From positions 192,219-256,218 of the forward strand of contig NIVC01001638.1 in NCBI GenBank assembly GCA_002269645.1: a stretch of DNA of 64,000 nucleotides, given 5' to 3'. The stretch is from Macrostomum lignano (lineage: Eukaryota). The notes under the pieces were generated by a model, which did not search any database, was not told where the DNA came from, and saw nothing but the letters and a program-made list of their open reading frames with translations. The position numbers and the translations under genes are program-made. How positions within the stretch are numbered: position 1 is the first letter of the stretch; every line of letters starts with the position of its first letter. Positions 43,504 through 55,100 of the stretch are shown piece by piece.

Positions 43504-46438
43504 TCATTTTGTACAGACGGAACTGTCCACAAGAGATATTTCCACCTTCCCATCAGGTTCAGTGTTGCCTCCATCCGTTCCTGAGACTTGCTCAGCTGAA
43601 GCATCCGCGTAACTGGAGCCGCCGCCGCCGCCTGGACTGCCTTTCGCCCCTCCGGAGCCGCCGCAGTAGCCGCCAGCGCCACCACCTCCGGCTTCATTTG
43701 CTCCAGCTCCAGCAGTTCGGCCTCCTCCGCCTCCACCGCCGTAGCCACCGGAACCGCCACCGGCACCGTCGCCTCCAGCCCAGGTGGTGCCTCCAAAGCC
43801 ATTACTATCTCCAGGAGGTGAAGCCGCAGGTGACTGCCATCCAGCACCAGCAGCGCCACAGTTAGTACCCGACGGGTTGCTACCGGCGTTCTGATTGGCC
43901 GATCCGGGGCAAGAGCCATGCGAATGAATTCCAGCTTTGCCTGCAGTTGTCTCAGTGCCTCCGCCTCCTCCCCCGGCCGCCAACAGCAGGGTGCTGCTGC
44001 TCGTGTAGACAAAAGTTCCGCCTCCTCCACCGCCGCCATCGCCACTGCTTCCGCGTTTTCCAACAACAATGGTCAGCGTCTGAGAACTAGTCAAGGTAAA
44101 GTGAGCAATTTTTTCTGCTCCGTTGCCACCAGCGGCTGCTGTGCTTCCATCAAAAGCTGTACCGCCTTTGGCACCACGCGCTACAAATCGATAGCAGCCA
44201 CCGTCCACAGGTGGCGTGTAGGTCACCGACGTTCCTAATTGGTATGACGCTGATGCTGGCACTGAAAATGTTTGAGAAAATCAGATTCTAAATTATGTTA
44301 TCATTTAATAAATAGTAAATACCAACTTGAATTGTTAAACAGGCATGTGCATGGAGAACATTGAGCGATTCATTGATAGCTAGAATCCATAGATAAAGCC
44401 AATCAAAGCCACTGCCACAGAGCTGCAGTCGGCCAAAGCCAATAAAGACAGTCCAGCTGATAAAAAGTCAATTAAGGACGTAACTCCATTAAAAATCAGC
44501 GAAATTTTAGAAACCAATTTTCTGTGGCCGGAATACTTGCTTTAAGATTATCCACTTTATTGTCTTTTAGCCAGAGAGAATTAAGCCTTTAACAGCTTGG
44601 CTTGGACTGTAGTGGACTGTAGTCTATGGACTGTAGTCTGCGGGAGAGTGGCAGCTTAGAATTCCGAGCTGTCCGCTTGATTGGCTTTATTGTCTATGGC
44701 CGACTGCAGCTCTGTGACAGTGGTTTTGATCGGCTTTATTGTCTATGGCCGACTGCAGCTCTGTGACAGTGGTTTTGATCGGCTTTATTGTCTATGGCCG
44801 ACTGCAGCTCTGTGACAGTGGTTTTGATTGGCTTTATTGTCTATGGCCGACTGCAGCTCTGTGACAGTGGTTTTGATTGGCTTTATTGTCTATGGCCGAC
44901 TGCAGCTCTGTGACAGTGGTTTTGATTGGCTTTATTGTCTATGGCCGACTGCAGCTCTGTGACAGTGGTTTTGATTGGCTTTATTGTCTATGGCCGACTG
45001 CAGCTCTGTGACAGTGGTTTTGATTGGCTTTATTGTCTATGGCCCAGTGAAGTTCTGTGGCGATCTCCTTCTGCTGTTGCGAATGGGGATTCCTATCTTG
45101 ATTTGCTTAATTATGAACTTCACTGACAGAAGCAATTTACAGTTCAGTATGGCTTATACCACTGAGCAATACGAGTATTAAGAAGCTTTTGTATCTAAAT
45201 CCGAATGAAACTGACTACCTAAACACGAGAGAGCATAGGAACTCGTGAAATTTAGTCTTGAAAATTTGATTAGAATCTGATGATAGCAAAAACTGCTTTT
45301 AAAAAGAGACTTCGGGGCGAATGCATTCACAACTGAAGAAGTCGCAACAACTCGAGCTTCTTAGAATTGAGCTGGTAAGAAAAATACATATTTGTCGGAT
45401 TGCTAGTGCATTCAGTATGCTCTAAAAAAACGGCATTGTTAGTGCCGGATTTGTCTGTGTCGAAGCAATATTGAGCGCCATGCGTTCTCTCGAGCATGCT
45501 ATAATATACATTACTTACGGGCCTCAAGCTTATTTCTAAGAAATTCGAGTTTAGGTTCCTACTACGATCGTACAGCAATCCAATTTGCAAATGGTGCAAA
45601 AGGAAGATTCTATTTTTCTTAGTATTTCACTTAAATGAAAAAAATGTATACATGTATACCTACCAGTCAGTGCCAGTGGACCCGGAGTCGTATACGTTGT
45701 CGTTAGAGTCGTAGTAGTAGCAGTGGTAGTCGGAGTCGTAGTGGTCGTAGTCGTAGTGGTCGTTGGAGCCTCTGTGCTCGCAGTCGTAGTGGTAGTTGGA
45801 ACCTCTGTGGTCGTAGTCGTAGTGGTCGTTGGAGCCTCTGTGGTCACAATTGTAGTGGTCGTTGGAGCCTCTGTGGTCGTAGTCATAGTGGTCGTTGGAG
45901 CCTCTGTGGTCGTAGTTGTAGTGGTCGTTGGAGCCTCTGTGGTCGCAGTCGTAGTGGTCGTTGGAGCCTCTGTGGTCGCAGTCGTAGTGGTCGTTTGAGC
46001 CTCTGTGATCGTAGTCGTGGCTGTCGTTGGAGTCTCGGTGGTCGTTATCGGAGCCGAAGTCGTAATCAGAGTCGAAGTGGTCGGAGCCGTAGTTCTCATC
46101 GAAGTAGTCTCACAATCTGCTCTGGTTCGCAGCACCTGCGTGTTGCAGGCCGGTCCGCTACTTTGCTGCCAGTAAAGCAGCAGGTCGCAGCTGTCTCCGA
46201 GAATGCATGACCGGTTGCTAGGCAAGTACTCATAGACTGAGCACAGGGTCGTGTTGCTCGCGCATTCGACAGCGCACACTCGAGCATCGACAACCCCGAG
46301 CACTGTGCACTGACCGCTCGCTGCAGTCGCAGAATTGTAGCACAGGTCCGGCCTCTTGTCGAAGACAAAAGATAGGCCATCGGCGAATGAAATCAGGGCT
46401 GTCAAAGTTATGACAGCTTCGCCTACATGCAGTGACAT
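43504..46438 (-). CDS. Host gene 1: secreted PAN/apple + Thr-rich mucin + ALK/LTK-type glycine-rich protein (2 exons)
   Basis: Exons 46438-45664 and 44261-43504; GTAGGT donor and TTTTCAG acceptor, both phase 1, giving PLALT-V-PASASY. Signal peptide, C..C....C...C PAN pattern, and A.GAKGG..GG.GA..LTIVVGKRG..GGGGGGTFV..LLLAAGGGGG. Confidence 0.78.
44385..45045. repeat. 49-bp tandem array (~7.5 copies, 44678-45045) with an inverted single copy at ~44395-44450, inside the gene 1 intron
   Basis: Unit TATTGTCTATGGCCGACTGCAGCTCTGTGACAGTGGTTTTGATTGGCTT; inverted copy ATAAAGCCAATCAAAGCCACTGCCACAGAGCTGCAGTCGGCC. Confidence 0.88.
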
Positions 46439-49394
46439 TCTAAGACGCTTAGACTAGTAAAGGCTTCTTTTAGAAGGGTTCTAAAGCCAAGAATGTTGCT
46501 TGACAGAAAGTCAGAAACCGCAGCTCCTAAATACAATGCCTCAAGCAGTCTCGAGCAGTTTCCTTCTTCAATTCTTGTTGGCTGGCTCTCTAGAGTCCAG
46601 CGGGTAGAGTTTGTAGTCATCATCACCATGAAAACCAGCCCAAGACAGTAACTATCTCTGGGACAGAGAAAAACTCTTCCCACTGCCTGTTGTGTGGCAG
46701 TTCAGTATAAGTGGTGGCTTGAAGATGCTTCAAGTTGGTTTTGAGCAATAAGAAGGGTCTTTTTACTTTGTAAAGGAGAGCTTTTCTAACAAGTTTTGTT
46801 GTTCAGTAGCTTTGGCATTTGTGGCAAGCTTAAATTAGCTGAGAGCTGTCGTCAAGAAGTGAATTCTACGTCCCATCTATATCCCTTCATGCTTTTCTCT
46901 GACTAGCTATAGCTCTCTCGACCCTATCTACAAGTGGCTACCGCAACTCCGTGCACCGCGGCACGGACCACTCGCCAAACGACATCTTATCCAACAGAGC
47001 CGTGAGCGACGAGGCTACCAAGGCACGTTTTGCCTTGCTTTAACTTGCGAGTAATTATTGTTTTGGCATAAGCACAACCGTTTATCAGACACAAATTTTC
47101 TCAATTTAACGTAGGATGCAAGTTGTTAGCTGCGTTTAGAATACCAAGTCACAAGGAGATTAGGAGCTACAATTAGTCTGGTTAGAAAGTCATTGTCATT
47201 GTCACTACTTATTTTTCTACCTCTTCACAATTCCAATTGCAGAAGTAGTTTCTCTAGCAGAGAGCAGACTCCATCCTTGGTTCATTTGAGGCTTAAATTG
47301 TTTATGCCATCGCAGAGAGCCAGCGTCTCCCTTCCACAGCTAGAGGCTTTCAGCTTTCACTGTCGTCCTTAAGTGCCAGAAAAGCGACAGAGATTTCCAC
47401 GTACATGTATTTTCTTTAGAAAACGTTTTTTCACCGGAGTGGGCTAAAACGGCACATATTCAACTCACATGACGTTTAAAAGATGAAAAAATTAAGTTTT
47501 CTTGTACCTTTAGTGGGTTGAAAAAATTACTCATGTTCATCTTTGGTTATCCTATCAAGCTTGTCTAAATTACCTATAAGGTATTGCATGGATAAGTAAG
47601 TTTGAAAAAATGCTGCATGATTTTGAACTTTACTAGTGGTCGATTTTTATTGCTACATTCGTGTATAGTAACGATATTGGTAAATGCAAGTTTTTGTAAT
47701 AAGGAAACGATTTTGAAAACTGACTTAAGATCATTTATTTCGGTCCCTGAGTGGTTTAACAAGATTTATCTATTTTAATTTATACAGAAAGCTGGGAAAA
47801 ATTTAAAATTACAACTCCACCCTACTCTTCCGTGAATTTTTGTCATCCATTGAGCTTGTCTATGGTAAAACCTCATCTGGTCCAAAATGGTCTACAAAAA
47901 CGAAAAAATCTGTTGAGAAACCAGTTGAAGGAAAATGCATAATTTCATTCATATTTGTAAGAGAGATGTGTCCCACAACCAGCGCTGAAGCGATTATGCC
48001 TATTCAGCTGACTCCAGAGAACATAGCAAGTGCACCAATACTGTACGCAAGCACGCACTCATACACACGCTCACACAGGATGTTCAGCAGCCCTGACTTT
48101 CTAATCGTCAGACATGTACACTCTGTGCTCTCTGTTGGCCCTCGTGGCTGCGAATCGCACGGCAACCCACGCCAAATTTTCGTGCACACAAGCCTCAATT
48201 CAAGTATTCGAAAACTGGTGTAGAGATCTCCAAACCTAGTAGACTACTAGAAGTAGTAAGATAAAATTACATGTACGAATGCAAATTTAAAAAAGCATGC
48301 GTCATACTCTATTTTCAGTAATACCAGTAATATCACGAAAACAGTGAGTGATCATTCCACAGTTCGAAAAATCGGTTTTCAACCTATATTTCCAAATATG
48401 GTAAATGTTAACTCAAATGCGACCCAAGTTTCACCCTTTTTTTATTAGAAACCGCACCGATCAAAGGAGAAAGTTCATTTCTTGATTCTTATCAATAAAA
48501 CCGGTTTAGGGCTCAAGGTCAAATAAAATTGTGTATAATTAAATACAAGCGAAAAATCCGAGCTGAAACCTCAGACTCGGAGCAGTCAGTCTTTAATTGT
48601 TAGTTGATTATTGAGAGCTGTGTTATTGCCGGCAGTTACTGATCAGTTGATTTAACTGAGTTTATTGAATTTGAGGTCTCCTCTTTTCCTAAGGAATTGG
48701 ATAGGATCTGCGGACCGATTCTGATACTCTTAGTCCATTGATTGATTTTGGTACCCTAGAGTAACCGAAGGAGCATTACGACTCCGATTCCTTTATTTCT
48801 AGTAGAAGACGCCCTTTCTGGAGGACCTCGTTATCGTCATAGAGTTGACTTAGTTATTAGGGCGCATCTCTGCACTCGAGGAATATATTGACGTCGACGG
48901 ATTAAATTGAAGTGCTCTCATATTCGGCCGATTTTAACACTCAAGAAGACTACTCCGGAGGAGGAAGATTTGAAGAAACGAGCTCGGAGAACCTGCCCAA
49001 CAAAGAAGAGGAGCCCGCACCACTGATCACTGAATTCGTTCCCAGGCTTGATGTCTGGAAGTGGAAATTCGTGCGTTTAGACTTAATTCTCCCTCTCTCT
49101 TCTCCTTCTCTCTCTCTTTCCATCGCTCTCTGTAGTGTGCTAAAACGAACTCTTCACAAGGGTACAGTCAGCATCTGATCAAACGCATACCAACTTAATG
49201 CGCATATAGGACTGATTATAAATTGGTCCAGCATCTAAACTTTTCAGGACTAAAGTGTCAATAGAATTCCTTCATCCAGTACAGAATAAAAGTACTTTTT
49301 AAATTCTGTATTTGATTATATCCGGTCTGGAAAACAGTTTAGGCACGGTATAGTTAAAGTACGTTGCATGTATATCCCACGGGTTCATTCAAGA

Positions 49395-49432
49395 TTAGGG
49401 TTTAGGGTATAGGGTTAGGGTTAGGGTTGGGG
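49395..49432 (+). repeat. Short degenerate interstitial (TTAGGG)n tract
   Basis: ttagggtttagggtatagggttagggttagggttgggg. Confidence 0.6.
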
Positions 49433-49714
49433 TATTGCTGAGATTTCTAGACTGATGGGGTATTTGCTAAGATGTCATGGCTCACGGGGGGAATAGCTGA
49501 GATGTCAAGGCTTACTAAGGGAATTGTTGGGGTCATATGAGAGAAGAAAGAATGCTACATGTAGTTTATTCAAAAACTTGTATTCAATTTTTGTTGGCCC
49601 AACGGGGGGCGCTGATTGCTAGTATACATCTAATAATAACTGACAACAATGGTTTTCATTAATGAATGAGTATCATGTCTTCTTCCACTATCACTTCTTT
49701 GAGACGGACTCTTT

Positions 49715-50720
49715 GAAACATCCTCCGGGGTGCTTGATTGAGATACGCAAGCGCCGTTCCTGTTCGTTCTGGTGCTTGACTGGGTGCTGCGGACCGCTCT
49801 TCCTACCAACGACGATGGTTTTCTGTTGCGGCGACGCGTGTCGACGCCAACCGGAGAGGCGGCTCCGTGTGCTTGGCTACGCCGACGATCTTGCCCTGCT
49901 GTCCTCGATCGTCGAGGGCGCCCAGCGCCAGCTGGACCCTCGGCAGAAGACCGTTTTGCTCTGCGTGCCGGACAACATTCGAGACTTCTATTTTCTGCCG
50001 AGGTGCTGACCGGCAGGTGACGAGGCTTCCGCGCTATCAGCAGTTTGTCAACCCCGGCGGTCCGGTGCCTCACGTTCGCGAGAACCGGCGACGTTTCCGT
50101 GGACTTGCCTGGGCTGCTTTCGTTCCGTGAGGGTTGTCCTGCAGCCCGTGGCCCTGCCTCACAGCCAGAGGACGGCGTTGTTCCAGGCGGTGTTCGTGAC
50201 CGTCCTGTGGTACAATGCCGAGACCTGGACTCTGACGAGTTTGCTCAAACAGCAGGTCGATGCAGCGCACGCTGGCCTGCTGCGCGCCGCTTTCAAAGAT
50301 CGGCTACGAGCCTCAATGCGTCAATGCGGCACTCTATCGCCGCACCTCAAATTTGTTGCGCCGTCGGCGACTCCAGCAGGCCAGTTAGGTCATATTATCC
50401 GAGCCGAGTCGTACTGCCCGCAACCGGTGCAGGAGCTGGAGGTGCTCTCTCTTTCTCTGCACCGCACACCCCGAAGTCAGCGCTGCTGCGAGGGGCGGGC
50501 GGGGGCGTCAAAGTTGGCGCCCCAGTCTGCGAAGGAGCCTGAGAACTGCCTGCGCGTCACAGAGGAGAAGCTCACGATCGGCCGGGCGGGCCGCGTGTAC
50601 TCTGGGGCAGTCGAAAAGAAGATGCTGCTCGGTGTCCGGGTCCCCGCAGTCCAGGCACAGCGCGCGGGTTGTCAGACAGGCCAAGCCGATGGCGAGTGGC
50701 GGCCGCTTGGAGGCTGCAGC
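49715..50720 (+). mobile_element. Degraded RTE-clade LINE (RT core and C-terminal region)
   Basis: PFLFVLVLDWVLR, GYADDLALL, GLAWAAF, LFQAV..VLWYNAETWTL, with frameshifts/deletions. Confidence 0.85.
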
Positions 50721-52159
50721 CGGCGCGAAGCGGATTAATGGCCACCTCGGCCCTTCTGGGTAAAGCTGGCAGTTGTGGCCAGGAGGTTTCTCGGCCCCAG
50801 AACTCGAGGTCGAGGTTGGATCTCAGATGGTGGAGGCTGCTGACGCTGTAGGCACCCTACCAGCGGGGGCAGGCGCGCACTCGGCGTTTCGTCGACTGCC
50901 TGCTGGCTGATGCCGGCGCCCCGGACACTGCCGGCAGTGCGGCCTAAGTTCGCGCCCAGGCCCTGAAACCCGCACAGCAAAATTACGTATCCAATAGAAA
51001 GTGGGACGTCTCCCGTACGTAACTTTTTTCGTTGCATGAACGTCCTTGATACGTATCAAATTTTTATGATCCTCTAAAGAAGCTCGTTTCTACAAAAGTT
51101 GGACTTTATTTTCACTGAAAATATTTTTAAACTTTATGACAGAATTTACAAAAAAAGAATAGATAAAAACTAGCAATTAATCTGTTATATTTAGACATTT
51201 CAATTTCGAAAAAGTTAAAAAAATAGTGAAACATTCATTTTTTCCGTAACCTTAAAAAATATGATTTCGGTGTACAGTGCATGTACTGTAGAACAGAAAA
51301 CTTGCGTTTTATCTACTAGCAAGTAGTGTTTAGATTTTAAGCAAAATGGTTGATTAAAAGTTGTAAATTGATATTAGAAAGTTTATAAAGTACAAAAAAA
51401 TTTAAAGATTAAATTGTAAGACAGAAAGGTTGAAAACGTTATTTAAAATTTTTTTAAACAAAAAGGTAATATTTCAAAAGATTTATTTTAATTCTCATAA
51501 ATTTTTATAATTTAATATATTATTTTCAATAATTATATTTATTAATTTAATAATTTAAATAATAATTAAAATTATTTTGAAATAATATTAAATTATATAA
51601 CAATTTTAATAACATTTAAAATTTTTCATTTTACATTTTACATTTCTATAATTTTAATAATTTTAAAAATTTATTTTTAATTTTAAAGGTTACTTTTCGA
51701 ACAAAAAGGTACTGTTTCAAAAGATTCTTTTTAATTCTCAAAAAGTGGCCAGTCAAAAAGAAGAATGGATAAATATTTTCCTAAGCCACAAGAAAAGTAT
51801 ATCAAAAGGAACTTAATTCAAAGCAAAGATAAAAGGGCGGCTGCAAAAAAAATCAAAATTACCCCGGCGAACACTGCAGTGGCAGGATACTGGCTGCACT
51901 CGATTATCTTTAGAAATGAACTGGATGCCGGCTAAGCTAAGAACCCTCTTCCAAAAAGGGTTTTACCACTGATACCTACTATGCCTTAGGCCGTAAATTT
52001 AGTGCTATAAACGAGATATTTATTATATTCTTCTAATGCAACATCCCTCGAAAACTAGGTTTCAAGTGATATCTTGTTCTATGTTGTAGTTGGCTGTTCG
52101 ATTTCACAATAAAGATCTTGAAGCAATTTCCTCCTTGATGTCCAGCGATTCACTCTAAC

Positions 52160-55100
52160 TCATTTGCAGTAAGAGTTGGCGACGGCTGCAATGACGACCT
52201 TTCCAGCAGGACCGCTATTGTGCCCATTCGATCCCTCGGGGTTCCTGCCCGATGCGTCCACGAAGCTGCCGCCTCCGCCTCCTCCATCTCCGCTGCTGCT
52301 TCCAGTTCCGCCGCAACCACCGGAGTAGCCGCCGCCTCCGCCGCCGCCGCCTTCACTGTCACTACCGTCTGTGCCGCCGCCTCCGCCGCCTCCGCCGTAG
52401 CCACCATCGCCGTTGCTGTTTGCGCCGCCTCCCGCCCAGCTTCCGGTGGCGCTCTTTCCTCCATAGCCTCCATCGTCGCCTGTGGGTCCGGAACCTCCAG
52501 CAGAGCCCCAACCAGCACCACTGCCGCCAGACCTGTCAGTGCCCTTGCTGGGACCTCCCTGTCCGACAGTCGAGCCGGAACAAGTGCTGCTAGTGCCATC
52601 GCTGCCGTCTTTTCCCGTGTCCGAGTTGGAGCCATCACCGCCTCCGCCGCCTCCTCCGGCAGCCAGAAGCAGCTGATCAGAGTTACTGCTTCTGGTTATA
52701 TAGACAAAGGTTCCGCCTCCACCACCGCCGCCGCCATTAGAGTCGCTATCGCTTCCGGCATCGGTCCCAGACTTTCCCACGACAATCGTGAGCGTCTCAA
52801 TCAGATTGAAATAGGCCATTTTGTAAGCTCCCTTGCCTCCAGTTGCACCTTTTGTTGACTGGCCACCGTTGGCGCCCCATGTTTCGATTTTGTAGCAGGT
52901 GTTCACTTCCGGTGGTGTGAAGAATTGCACTAATCCCGTTTTGCCAGTTGTGCCACTCGCTGAAATGCGGTTGATAGAGTGTGCGTTCAGTGGTAATGCG
53001 ATTGTAAAGACACAGAACTGCATGATGTTTTGAATGCAGCTATCAGTATTATCAGACATATATCACAGCCAAGTTATGGCCAAGAAGTCAGAACTAAGAG
53101 ACCTGCCGTCACCCAGATTCAAAGGGTGTAGTGCTTGTGTTGACATGCTGTGGCGTTTACGGGGATAGTCATACTATTGTTAATTCTGGCAAAATATTGT
53201 TCTACCGGATGAAATAGATTAACTTAATAAAATATCTGTGTATGTAAATTTAAATGTGGCTTTTGTTAGAGTTTTATAAGTTTCTTGAGTGCTTGCAACC
53301 AAGAGTTTGTGGCGTCTGTGATTCCTGAAGTTTGATTGCAGATCGAATCCTACCTCGCAAAAGTGGAAGGCTTATACCGTATTGCTTCGCTTTTCAATAT
53401 CTGAGGCAATTAATTTTTTTAAGAATAAAAATACGTATTTTTGACTCGCAGTCGCTGCTCTGCTGTTAACGCCGAGGTACTGTACACTCAGTCTACTTGT
53501 ATGAAGCACTTGGATTCACTTTGGTATGAGTATGCCAAGCCAGAAAACTTTGACACACGACAGAGTTCTCAAATTTTGTATACATTCAACCAGTTTATGC
53601 CACTTCATTAAAGCATGAGTATGTCATTATGCTGTCTGTCGCCAAGAGTAGAATTTTAGGTGTAAAATTTATACCCCTCTGCAAAGTAATAACGGCATGC
53701 TATGAACTTGTGACGCTTAATGAAATGCGCGTAGTAGGCTGTTTCCACAAAGTATCAACTACGTAAATGGCAAAGTGTCTAACGATTGTAGAGGAATCTA
53801 AATAGATTCAGTAAGTAAATGACATGAAGTAAGGCTTTGACAAGCTATTGATATATACCTCAGCAAGCGCAGAATAGCATGCAGCCAGGCTTTGACAAGC
53901 TATTGATGTTTACCTCAGCAATCGCCGTTCTTCACCTAAGTCGTAACCTAGATCTTCGAGGGAACAATCGAGGCGCTGTACGAGTTGAGCGACGAGTTGC
54001 AACGAAACAACAGCGACGCAGCACAGCACTCTCGGCTGCTCGATGAAATAGAAACCGTCGAGGAGGACTACCGCGTCAGCATGCGAGAGGTCCAGCGTTT
54101 CCGGCTCGCACCCGAGACCTCAGAAGATCCGAGGCAGGCCCAGTCACAACAACAGCAGCAACAGCCACACTTGGAAATCGGTGGCTATGGTGAGTTTGGC
54201 GACGAGTTTGCTCCGAACCATGCCAGTAGACCCGAGGCAGAACAAGCTAGCTTAGCGGAGGAACTGCTGGCAGTCAAGGTGCGAGTTCTACGGAACACGA
54301 ACTGTCAAAAGAACTTTGGAAGAATGTTGCGTCGAGTTGAAGTTCCTTACCTTCTACGGAGAAAAACAGCAGTACGAGGTGTGGAAGGCAGCGTTCATGG
54401 CTTGGATCGATAGGGCCGCGCCACACCAGAGTTCAAACTGCTGCAGTTGCGTCAGTATTTGCGTGGATCGGCGCTGAAGGTGATAGAGAGCACTTGGGTC
54501 ATTCGGCTGCTGCCGACCAGGCGGCTAAGGAGAGATTGGAGCGTGAGTACGGCGGCAAGCGACGAAAGTTGGCGCACTACTTGGAGGAGCTAGATAGTTT
54601 TCCACCCGTGAAGCAGAATAGTGCCGAGAAGCTGAAGAAATTCGCAAACATCCTCGATGTGGCTGTAATTAATTTGGAAGAAGCTGGTAAGAACTCCTAA
54701 CTTAGTGATGGACTGCTTTATGCTAGATTGCAAAAAAGTTACCAGAGCCGATGGTCGCAGCATTTCGTCGATGGATCTTCGAGAAGGCAAAAGCAGAAGG
54801 CGTTAGGACCCTTGAGAGTGGGTTTTGCGTGAGGCAGAGTTCCGGACTGAGGCAGCAGAAATTGTGTACGGGTGGCCGCATCAAGTCAGGAGCAACGGCG
54901 GCAAGGACAGCAAGCAGAAGGCCTTCCATGTAGCGCAGCTAAGCAAGAGCTCAAGCAAGGGGAGCTAATCCTGTGTCGTCTGCAAGGAGACACACGATCT
55001 ATGGAAGTGTCCCGCGTTCGGGAAGCTGTCGGCTGAGAACAGATGGAAGGCTGCTCAGGAAGTCAAAGCCTGTTTCCGCTGTCTTGGCCATGGTCACATC

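Noticed and set aside
49395-49432. TTAGGG tract as a chromosome end or healing site
   Set aside because: Only ~6 degenerate units embedded in ordinary sequence.
51000-51760. Very AT-rich, partly palindromic stretch as an origin or MITE
   Set aside because: Low-complexity symmetry is expected at this composition; no defined ends or TSD.
52960-53059. MQFCVFTIALPLNAHS as signal peptide of a stand-alone Gly-rich gene (also 57754-57916)
   Set aside because: A good CATTTCAG acceptor lies at its end and an in-phase donor exists upstream, so it is better read as intron. A stand-alone start is not fully excluded.
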